From: Catajapyx aquilonaris
Lineage: Eukaryota
Reading direction: 5' to 3'
Length of the DNA stretch: 35,600 bases
Assembly: GCA_000934665.2 (NCBI GenBank)
Contig: KZ539043.1
Coordinates: forward strand, 1 to 35,600
A model generated the notes under the pieces. That model was not told where the DNA came from. It searched no databases and was given only the letters and a program-made list of their open reading frames with translations. Shown piece after piece: positions 24,901 to 35,600 of the stretch. How positions within the stretch are numbered: the stretch's first letter is position 1; every line of letters starts with the position of its first letter. A program made the translations under genes and the position numbers.

Positions 24901-26425
24901 TTTTGTTAGGACTTCGTCCTAGGTGCATCCCAATAATAACCAAAATCGTAACAGAGTTGCTTCAGACTTTTTATAGAAAAGTTGTCTGGCATTCATCGCA
25001 GTCTAAAAAAACGCACAACTTTCTGAATGTCCCATTGGCATTAGGTGCAACCCACTTGTATTAGTACCACCCACCTTTTACCCACAAACCTCCAATATGA
25101 ACTTTTCTCACTGAAACACCCCATCTGCACTTACAGCACTTCATAATACCTCTTATAATATTTTCTTCTCTTCAACCCTTGCAAAATGCGGATCCTTACA
25201 AGTTATTAGTGTCATGATCCAGAGATATATATATATTTTTTCACACTTTCAGAGAATTCCTACAACTTTTGCAAAACACCTGCACAAAAGATCCAAGTTG
25301 AATTGACGAACTAAGAAGCCGTGTTACCTTGTGCCCTTTTACGAAAAGGCGGATATATATATTGGCAAGCTGCAGACATTGTCTTTTCTCCTCATTCTCT
25401 CAGCAAGACAATTGTCTTCCCTATTTTTTCTCTCTCTTTTTTTTCTCTCTCTCTCTCTCCTTCTTTCTTCAGAATTAATGGAACACCTTCCAACTGGCTC
25501 CTAAGCCTTATCTTTGAAAACCGGTCCCAGCAGAGCTCCACCAACCATTCGTCTGTCTGGGTGCTTAAAATCAAGATCAATACTCACACAGTAGGACCTC
25601 ACCTCCCCTCCCCCACCTTCCCCCACCTACCTCCCCCCCCCCCCAGGCCCCACCCCTACCTTTTTTCCATTCGCTTTCCGTTTCTCTCTTTGGCTTCATT
25701 GTCCCATATAATACTTCTCGATTTTCTCCCTGTTCAACACAGTACCTGAACTAAAGGGGGTGAAGGAAAAGGGGAGGGGGAGGAGGGGGTTGCATTGTAT
25801 GGGGAGGATGGAAATGGTGGACTTTCTTTAAAATTCCATTAACGTGAGGTATAAATTACGAAGGCCTCAGCTTCGTTAATGACCTCCCTTAGGTATTAGA
25901 GATTAGCAGCACAAAAAAGAAAGCCAACGCAAGGGTAAAATTCGCTATTACATTTCATGGGCGCCTTTTCCTTTTACTCTTGGAGAATAATTAGTACCCT
26001 ACATTCACTTTTATTGTTTCGCTTATTCCTGAGCCTAACAAGGAGTTTAGTTATGGTTCCAATCGCAGATATGCTGACTCTATTCCACCTACCCACCCCC
26101 CTTCCTTTCCGGTTCTCGTATTCACCATTAGTTATTTGCATATCTACTAGGAAGTTGAAGTTGGGCTCGAGTGGGCAGAAAAAGTCAAGAGTAGGAATAA
26201 AAAATAAGGAAAGCTTGCTGCTCACTGCTCACGAACACTGAGGTATGGTTAAAGTCAATATTGAAAGCTGGCTTGGTTCAAAGTTGAATATATATGCTGC
26301 AAGCCTATGAAATGCCTTTAAGTACCGCAGTCGAAAAATGGCATAAAATAAACAAATTACTAAGTCCAAAAAGCAATTGTGAAATCATTCAAAGCAAAGA
26401 TTTTACCTTGCAAATAAATTTAAAA

Positions 26426-26715
26426 GGAGGCATGGTGGTCTAGTGGTTACGCCACTGGCCAGCCAAGCGGGAGGCCGGGATTCAAATCCCGTCCCCGTCA
26501 CCTCTGCTTGGTCGGGTCATTTTCCTCTTTTCACCCGACATGCCGGAGCCGAATTGCACTCCCTACTCTGCCCAGGGCCAGGAGAAAATGTCTGGTGTAT
26601 TTCAGAAAGTCAGAAATGACTAAAAATGACAGCGCCCTCCCTTGGGAACCTCCCCTTCCCCAGTTCCCCCCTAAGAGGGCTCTACCCTATCACGGGGTAT
26701 TTTTTTTAAAAAAAA
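26426..26715 (+). mobile_element. tRNA(Gly/Asp-like)-derived SINE (family C, copy 2)
   Basis: A box TGGTCTAGTGG, B-box-like GATTCAAATCC. Full-length homology to the reverse complement of about 20040-20304; T/A-rich tail. Confidence 0.92.
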
Positions 26716-28245
26716 GTTAAACAATCCTTGTTTTCTGGCTCATTATAAATGATCAGGAAAATGTGAATTCACCAGGCGACAAAGTATTTAAAAATTCTAC
26801 TGACAAGTTCGGTTTTGAGTTACACCACTATGGCACCAAAATTGGAATTTGTGTGTTTCTCTTGTATACAGTATATGCCCACGATATCAGTATAACTGCA
26901 TTTCAAGCAGGGGCACCCTCCCGCTCTTTACTTGGCCTCTATTCAACCAGGTTATTGAAAACCGCTCCGAGAAAACCCCAGGATAATGAGTCATCGGAGA
27001 TGCTAATAAGAAAACCTGTAAAAATGTAAACTGGTCTCTGCTAAAAATAAACCAGCTGAGAAATAATGCCACGCACTCTATAATTACTCCAATATTGAGC
27101 CCGAGCTCATTAAGTGCAAGTCATAAATTGAAACTGAGCAGTAACTACCTGATTACGCTGGGCACCTGTCTAAAGCTCTTAAGTTACACGCCCTCTAGGG
27201 GGATAAAATAAATGAAATTAGCGTATTACCTCATATAATACGGTAATAACGTATACTCCAACATTGTAATGTTTCATGCAATATCACACTTAGAGTCTTG
27301 GCTTTTTTGCCTTAGTAAGTTGAGTGTAGCGACAAGGTCCGGAGAGGAAAAGGCCTACTTATATTCAGAGCATACACTCTATCTTGAAGTTCTAAATTCC
27401 AGGCACAATCCCCTCAACGGAACGTTTCCTGGTTTCATAACTTGAGAGAAATGCCTCCATTTTCAGCATGCATCTGTCTAGCGAATGTAATCAAATGCTA
27501 GTAGAATAGTTACCTGGTGAAAGGACTGGAAAAAAGGTGAGGTAAAATGAGTAGCAAAATGTGCAAATGGGTGTCCCCACCCACCCCTTTCTTCTTCCAC
27601 GAAAAGCTTCTCCAGGATTTTGGAATTAGTTGGCATGACGGAAAAAGATACTCACAGTCTGATTTGGCAGCAGCGTGAGAGGATCCTAGAGGATTAAAGG
27701 TAGCAATCAGCTTAGTGTGTCAGGGCTTGAAAGACCTTCCCTTTGCCAGACTTCCCCCTCAGGCTTGCGCCTATGGAAAATACCTCCCAGTCTCAGAAAG
27801 GGAAATGAGGAAAAGCGCAATGACAACCCAGAAGTTGTCAGCATGTGGAGAAGTAGGGCGTCTCCAATCTCATTTGCCTTTTCCGAATTGCAATCCACAA
27901 TGGCTTGATTTTTTTTATCAGACTTTTCTTTCTGATGCACTCTATGGCTGCTTCTTTTCTTTCCTTTTTTTCTGCAATTTAGTATTCTAGGGCTCGTCAG
28001 ATCAAAATGACATTGTCATAACAGCTATCCTTTTTCCCAACCGGATTTTCCTTCAGGAAGATTGGAGGAGATGTTTATGCCTGAAATCTTCAGTTCAACA
28101 CAAAAGCCCCTCCGGCCATATTTTATTGCCAAAGCAGTCAACAATCGTATTTGCCACCATGTTTGCTTTCGAAGGGAAAAAAACAGTGTAATTTGTTAAA
28201 GCAAACGTACTTCGCTTGAGGGGCTTAATATCGGATTGTTCAGTA

Positions 28246-28322
28246 CAGTGCACACAGCTTATTACTTCCGATATATTAATATCCGAAATATAGTACTAAA
28301 TTGCTATAATCCATATGCACTG
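28246..28322. mobile_element. Possible old 77-bp Tc1/pogo-type MITE
   Basis: TA|CAGTGCA...TGCACTG|TA, with about 14/20 match over the terminal 20 bp. Confidence 0.4.
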
Positions 28323-28982
28323 TAGAGTTCTGTGAACAAGCTTATAAGGCATTTTTTCTTAATACCACCCACTGCTTGAGCCTATGTGACATCATTTTTG
28401 ATGAAATGATGGGATAGTTAAGATTGAACGCTGTATACACGAGTAATGCTCCGGGCCAATTTGTTTCATTTTGAGAATCTGGGCATGTTCTATACAGATC
28501 TTGCATAAAATTCCAGATTCATGGTATTGGGTTATTAATCAAAATATTCAGTCCACTATTAGTCTGAGAGCAACTTTGCGACTTTGGTATATATGGTATG
28601 CTCCTTACTCCTATAAGTAAAGTTGAAAAAAAGTGCGCAGTAAATTATTTAGTTTTAATTAGTTCATTACTGCAAATACCAGACGTAAATGGTGTGGCAC
28701 CTGACTATGGTGGGGTGAACCCAACTAGCACTATTTTGCCTGCAGCAGCATTCATCCAGGCGCAAAACCTCCAGCAAGAATAATTACTACCCGCGAAATA
28801 ACATTTTGGGGGCTTGCGGACATACCGTAAATCACGCTGCGAGTCCCTTTTTTGGCATAAAGCGGAAGTCAAAGGCTGAGAAATGGCGGCTGGAGAGTTT
28901 CCACGGCTCATTAACCCCAGATGTTATGGAAGGTGTGTCCCACAATGGGGATGGGGAGCACAGAATTTCCGGAGATAGGACC

Positions 28983-28985
<3 letters not shown>

Positions 28986-29014
<29 letters not shown>
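28986..29014. repeat. (AG)14 microsatellite
   Basis: Uninterrupted AG dinucleotide run. Confidence 0.97.
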
Positions 29015-29017
<3 letters not shown>

Positions 29018-31100
29018 CGTGAGAGAGATGATTCCAGCACCTATATCAGACAGGTGGCTATGAATGTATAGTTGCATGATATTAAATTTGTTTACATTTT
29101 TTCATCAATCAGTAAGATAGTGTCATGTCCTTTGAAAGCGACTCTGCTTTCAAAATGGCTGTGTGTATAAAATGGCACCGAACTGTCCGCCACTTTTTCA
29201 CAGATACGTGAAACAGGCTATAATTTGGTAAGAGGTCACAGTTTATATTGACCACGAATCCCAAGTCTTATAAATGATCAGAACATTGCCATTTTTCATA
29301 CACGAACCTTGGTCATGTCTTAAGCTCCTCCACGCAGGTAAGGGCCTGAAGAAAATAATGAATCCCATCAGGACAACGTGTGGTCGTAAATTTTGCAGTC
29401 CGAAGGCCAAAAAAAAGACAAAAAAAAGTACAAGTGGAATGCGTTTGGGAAGCGACTTTGGTGGGTTCCATTGCAGCAAGCCATCTCCTCGCCTTCCCTC
29501 CCCATTCTTTTTTATTGCTTCTTCTTCCCCATTTCTCCCCAGGGAAGCTCCACTTTCTAGGACCATTGACTGCTGTGGTAGTTGTCTCAGAACGACGACC
29601 CCGGAATGAGTCATTTGACGCATCGGTGAGATTGTGACTGGAGAATCACTTGTAAGACGGATTTTTTTCCCGCCTTGTTCTTCGTCTTCCACTACCAGGG
29701 TTATATATATACAAGTACCTAGCTTCTATAATTATGGGGTTGGTTGTATATATGCTATAGTGATGACAAATCTAGGCTGCACTGAAGAAGCTTCAGCACC
29801 TAGAGCAGGACTCTCCAGGCTGGTTCAATTATCTCAGGATGTTGTCTTTGAAATGGCGAGCTTAGAAGACATGGAGACCACTTGGAAACTGAAAACAAAA
29901 GCATGAGTCCCTGATGGTTGCCTTGGTGACAAACTTGGTAGGATATTATTTGCTCTCAGGTGGAAGGACCTTTTGTTTGTTCTAGGAGAACCAGATACCT
30001 ACTTGTAGTGTATTAAAAATCAAAAAAAATAAAGGAGCAGTGACAAAAGACTCCATTACTTAAATTGAACTTGGAGGGGGCTTCTCAGGTTAATGAAGTG
30101 TGAGGTTCTAGTGTCCTCCAGTTGGTTCGAGCATATACTGTATAGTGTAAGGTGAGATATTGCTTGTGAACCCTAATGCATGTAAGTCATAATGGTCTTG
30201 ACATGATATGGATTTCAAAGGAGGTTTATTGAATATGGCACGATTTTATTGCCTGTTCCAGCTTAAAAGAGAGTGATGAGACCCTTATCTATTACCTACT
30301 ACCAATACCATTAAGCGACAACTCTTGAAAATAACAAGCCAAGACTCCGAGTTATCATGTAATAAATTTGAAACGAAATTCCTCGGAATATTATCACAAT
30401 TATGCAAGATATGACTTTGAGACATGTCTTTTAGAGTCTGTTGTATAGCCATGAGTTATGACGTTTGATTTAGTGTGACATAAGCTTGGACTATACCATG
30501 AGAGCAAATATCCTATGCGGTTTGTCATCAAGACAACCATGCTTTTTTTAAATTCTAGGTGGTCTTCATGTAAGCTCTCCATTTCAAAGAAAAATCGTGA
30601 GATAATTGGGCCAGACTGTGTGAAAGGCCTAAACAGGTGTATGCAGCAGGACACTTCGATTACTTGCATCTTCTACTCCCTGGGGTATCCTGTGGCGGAA
30701 TATGTGCTGGCCAACTGCATGCTTGGGGCATAGAGTGTATTGATTGACTTGATGTTGGTTGGTTGATCATTTGCTGCTCTTTTTTATTCACAAGCCTGGG
30801 CAGATATTCTGGATCAGTTATTGGGATGGGAAGTCATGGTGATATATGTAAATGTGAGAAATTTTTCCATTCCTTGTTATATTATTTATTATTAAGTTTA
30901 CGAGGAAATACACTCTATAGAAGTAATGGAGAAATAGCTGTTGCAGTTACGAAACACCGTATAATGTATGAAAAACATGCTTTTTAATATGTTGTATTAC
31001 ATATTTGGGATGACAGCTTTGATCAGCCAAGCATATCATTTCTGAATTGTCCATTTCAAGAGGCTTTTCTGTATAGGGTCGAAGTAAGGCATATAGCTTA

Positions 31101-31172
31101 TAGTAAGGCCCCCGTATCCGCCGATGAATGGTTCCAAGTCCTCCGTGGATAATACCGAACCATTATAATATA
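31101..31172 (+). mobile_element. pogo/Tigger-like left-end remnant
   Basis: TA|TAGTAAGGCCCCCGTATCCGC..GTTCCAAGTCCTCCGTGGATAATACCGAACC resembles my recollection of Tigger-type left ends (CAGTAGTCCCCCCTTATCCGC..GTTCCAAGACCCC..GGATAGTACCGAACC). No right TIR seen. Confidence 0.5.
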
Positions 31173-33879
31173 CGCTTCTTTACTAACTTACATACTGTAG
31201 ATACCTATATGATCATTGTAACTTAAAAATTATACACATTAAGACAGCAACAATTAATATACGGTATGTTTCCACATAGTATGTACAGTGCGTTGAGGAT
31301 CCAGAGGTTAACTCAGATGACATCAGTTTTGCATTTTTCATGATGTGGCGTCCTGTGAATGTATATAGGGCAGGCCATAAATGTTATGACCTCATGACAC
31401 CTAAGCAGGCACTTTGGAGTTGCCATGCTAAACTATGTAGTATAGCCCATGAAACATTTAATTAGCTTCCTTGCTGTCGGTAGGAAAACATACGACTTTT
31501 CGACATTCTGCGTGCTTCACTCCACCCACGCTGCTGTAATATCGCAGAAAACCAATATCAGACAGGTTCTGTCAGCAATAAGCAACCCACATCCTACCCT
31601 ACGGAAATCAGGAAGCCTAATGGAAGATTAATTTGATGCGGTATTGCCTGCTGGATGTGCTGTATTCAACCTGTTCAACGGCAAGAATAACCTTTTCGGG
31701 AATGGATTTAGGCCTATATACTCCAGGTTAATTATAATAGTAGGCTTGCGAAGCAGGATTTCACCATGATGTCGACTGTGAGCCACAGCCTAAGGGTGAG
31801 GTAAACATGTAAGAAAGGTCCGCAGTGATGCAAGTCACGTACAGTTCAAATTAATTATATGCCTGATGGTAATGGCAATGAACAACATTTAAACACTGCA
31901 AATGGTTGATGTTTCATTAAAATTTTAAAACAAGACAATACTGTATTATAGTAAACATGAGCGCAGGGCTCACCTGTGCTATTGAACCAACAGTGCTGAA
32001 CAAGCAGACGGTATCAACAAGACAAACTGTATAGTCAAAAAGTGCTTCGGATTTAATAAATGGCAAATGTACCGTATGAATCATAATAATGATGATACTA
32101 ATGATCATTTCAAATATTTCAAATGTTGTCAAGATGTGCATGGTATACTGGTGAGTGGCATAGCCCCTTACTTTTATGATCCCATCGTCACTGTCAAATC
32201 AGGTATCACATATCCATTGTCACCTCAATAAACCCTAGCTCTTTGTGGCCTACAATACCACTTTCGCAAGAAGCTTGTGGCAAAAGTAACATTGTCTCTC
32301 CTTCCGATCTATTTCATGTGGCATGATTGATCGATGCAGTCTAGTCCATAGCGGATTAGTCGATCCCCGGTGCCAACTATTTCCGTCCGACTTGTGGTTT
32401 CTTTGTTCAGCTTCAGGTGAATGCCCGGTTAGAACAAAAATAGGCCACATCCACTTCTTTTCTTCCAATACACTCATCTCCCACAGCAACGTCTATATTA
32501 TAAGGTTTATATTTTGTAGACATCCCTCAGAATGAGCTTGTGTGTGCGGGAGTTGGGGGGGGGGGGGTATAACATATAAGTTACTACTATATAATAGACT
32601 TTGACAACTGTACTAGCTTGTTTGTTTTGTATGCACATAGGCTGCATATAATGGCGATTTACATTTCAGATCACCATGTTTCTACTCCCTGCCTATAGCC
32701 ACTCAGAAATCACATTGATCGATCGATGTTATTGGGTTTGGGTACTTTGCCAGATTGAATATTTCCTGTCGTGTCATTTACTTGATGTATCATATAGGCT
32801 AAGCATTGTCGATACATAAATTTCAAAATCCCTGCTATAACCTATAGTGATGAATTATGTGAAAAACTAATCTGAATTGTAAAACAGGGCAGCAACTGAT
32901 GGCAAAAGTAGCATCTACCATCAAGTTATAGCCATGTATCGTCCGTCCTCGACGTTATATATTATATATTTTTAGCGAAGAATGCAGTATTATGGTTCAA
33001 TAATTGCGAAACAGCTTCATTGCCATTCCCAACATTAACAACACATCATGTAGATTACAATTAGCCTACCGGGCGTGGAATCGATAATAATTACGCACTC
33101 GTATCGGAGGTGCCTAACATGTGTTGAATAGCAAAGAGTGCTTCCACTATGGTCACTGCATTTTATGAATGCAACTGTTGGGATTAGAATTCCCCAATGT
33201 CGAATGACATGACCCCTCCTAATAAAACTAGGCGCGAGCAAAGTTGGCAAATCAAGAAAAGTTTGGGTCGGCGAGAAGGGACACAAAGATAAGATGATAC
33301 CGAACTTTTTGGTTTCATACTCTAAAAGGAACGCAATCACAGGCCCCAATCTTTCCTCCTGTATCTGTTAGGGAAGAAGAAAACATCTCCACTTTTTTGC
33401 TTCTAGATAGAAAAAAAAAAAGGTCTCGCAGTTTGGCTTTGTTTCAGAAAGTTCGTGGATCTTTTTTCCCTAGAACTTTTCGACCAGTCCTCTAAATCCA
33501 ACCCATGCTACACTGTATCAGACCTTCCAGTACATAAAGGCTGGAATTGAAAAACAGCACGCGCGAGGATAGGCTAACCCCATAGAAAAAAAAACCCCAG
33601 TTCCTGATTGGGAAAAGGGACGCTACCCTCTACAAATCAAGATGGCCGACGTGCTGACCACATTTTCATTTCACAGTCGGTTGTGCTGGGGATGCATCGC
33701 CGACTGGGATTTTCCATGACATACATACATGAGTGGTTAATGCGACAACACACTAGTGCGGCGAGGGATGGGGTGGTACAGTATGGGAGAGAGCTACTGT
33801 CTGTCACTCACAGGCTGGGGGATGTAGCAGGTGAAGCCCTAGTCTAGGGGGATGCTGGGAACTACTACTTTCCCCCCCC

Positions 33880-34038
33880 NNNNNNNNNNNNNNNNNNNNN
33901 NNNNNNNNNNNNNNNNNNNNNNNNNNNNNNNNNNNNNNNNNNNNNNNNNNNNNNNNNNNNNNNNNNNNNNNNNNNNNNNNNNNNNNNNNNNNNNNNNNNN
34001 NNNNNNNNNNNNNNNNNNNNNNNNNNNNNNNNNNNNNN
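33880..34038. other. Assembly gap
   Basis: Run of N flanked by poly-C on the left and poly-G on the right. Confidence 0.99.
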
Positions 34039-35600
34039 GGGGGGGGGGGGTGTCTATATAGTGTGGTGGCTCAAGACTGCTGCAAATGTCAGCCGCTGGT
34101 TCATATCGGATCGTTACAGTTGCAGCCCGAGTGGAATTAGTGTGAGGGAACCATGTTCAAATAGGTTATGTCATGCATAATGCGAATTAATTTTCAAGTG
34201 TGTGCACGACACAGAGTAGTCCGGCCCAGTTGCGGCTTGTTAATTGAAGCTGTGAAAGTATTGTAGATTGGCAAATGAAAGGGCACATCTCCTGCTTTTA
34301 TTAGGACATTATGATACAGCCTATGCACGACCGGTAATTCCCCAGGCTTAAAACCAGGATTATTTGATTAGTAATAGGAATGTGCACCACCTTCGAGCTG
34401 GATATGAACCGATTAAAATCGTAAGTGCTTGTGACCTGAATATCACTAGCTTTTCTCCCCCTCTAAGACAACCAGGGCGTGAAATGAGTCCAGAATAAAA
34501 TAACCAGACATGCTGACAGTTCCAACTTTTTTTTTATTCTTTCCCCTCCAACTTCCCGCAGCCACTGACCCTTATCTAGTGACAATGGACAAAAATGAAG
34601 TTTTGGGTCAGATTGGCAACTCTCTGGCTCACTCCCCCATCAGAATTAACTGCTGTTGAGACCAGCACCTATATCTCTCTTCTTCCAAAGTCCCCCACTG
34701 ATTCAACCTTCCCCTCACGCTTGCAGACAAGTCTCATTCTCAAACTGAGATCATCCTTCCTTTGGGGGGAGTGGGGGGGNGGGGGGGAGCTTCACCCTAG
34801 AGGAACAGACACACAAAAAAAATCTGAAGGAGTCCACGCCCAAGTTTTTACAAGGTGAAATCCTTCGGAACAAAACAATTCGCCTGATTCAAGCAAGCAG
34901 AACCAGCACAAATCTGCTCCCTCCCCCATATATAGGGGGAGTTGAAAAACCATTGTCAAAGTTCCAATGGAGGTTAACGAGATTTCCCCCGTCTGGCTCC
35001 CCCGATTAATTTTCACACGGGCAGAATGGGAAGTTCTCCAACTCATACACGCTCCGGAAAACAAGTGGAAAGTGGGGGAAGGGGGGGAGGAGGAACGGAG
35101 AGAGGGAGTAGGGGAAGGGTGGAAGAAATATTGTTTTCCCATTACCCACAGCACCTCAGCTCCATAATTAGAATCGCGGCCTTTCCACCCACCAGGCAAA
35201 CTTGATGAATTCGGCAGAGGGAACGACTGTAGAAATCTTAAGCATACCCTACCGGCTAGAAGAGGCGGAAATTCTTTGCCAATTTGCAGGCTAATTTTGA
35301 TTTCACACATTTTTGCTCGTTTGGAAGAAAAAAAAATGAGGGGGGGTGATTGCGCCTTCTGGAGTGAAGGTCTCTATCATAAAGAAGGCGCCAAGAATTC
35401 TTGGGATTGAGGAAGAAAAGAGCTGGATGGGTGGGTGCTATTATGGCATTTCCACCCCCCTGGTTCTAAGTACGAGACGAGCAGTGCATATCCCATCTTA
35501 CTCAGTAGTATCCCACGGCTTATTACGGCGACTCATGGAAAAATTCCGCAGTGGCGCCACCGTCTATGCGAGTTTAACATGGGAAAGCGCCACTGCGGCG

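Noticed and set aside
25598..25810. C-rich then G-rich tracts (G-quadruplex potential)
   Set aside because: Low-complexity tracts like this are common throughout the window, with no specific evidence of function.
26426..26500. tRNA-Gly/Asp-like sequence as a real tRNA gene
   Set aside because: Acceptor and anticodon stems do not pair properly, and it continues into a multicopy SINE body.
29775..29865. Peptide LEQDSPGWFNYLRM, resembling the FxNYxRM motif of PIF/Harbinger transposases
   Set aside because: A stop follows within 10 codons and downstream transposase motifs are not visible in any frame.
34792..35310. 172-aa ORF on the minus strand
   Set aside because: Low-complexity Ser/Pro/Leu translation of purine-rich tracts, with no recognisable domain.
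35546..35598. 12-bp inverted repeat CCGCAGTGGCGC / GCGCCACTGCGG
   Set aside because: Real, but short and at the window edge, so it cannot be assigned to an element.
1..35600. Conserved arthropod miRNAs (e.g. miR-10, iab-4, bantam, miR-184)
   Set aside because: A by-eye scan found only short seed-length matches and no mature sequence in a hairpin. The scan was not exhaustive.

Overview
This window looks like eukaryotic non-coding DNA, roughly 40% GC by eye, with microsatellites, homopolymer runs and two N-gaps. It is probably a large intron or intergenic stretch of an arthropod, most likely an insect; that is an inference from the SINE core sequences. I recognise no protein-coding gene, rRNA, intact tRNA gene or CRISPR array. 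The ORF track is consistent with chance ORFs, and the longer ones run across repeats. What the sequence does support is a layered set of small non-autonomous mobile elements: six tRNA-headed SINE copies from four families plus a probable seventh cut by the window start (two with perfect 14-16 bp TSDs), several TA-flanked Tc1/mariner/pogo-type MITEs including long fold-backs, a complete 297-bp non-autonomous Helitron inserted in a SINE tail, and a SINE nested in a minisatellite-bearing TIR element. The most interesting signal is that five SINE copies from three families with different heads and cores end in the same CCCC..stem-loop..GGGG module, whose inner stem changes in sequence but keeps its pairing. 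This suggests a shared structure-recognising LINE partner, and the families also appear to swap 3' modules. Whether this is novel cannot be judged without database searches.
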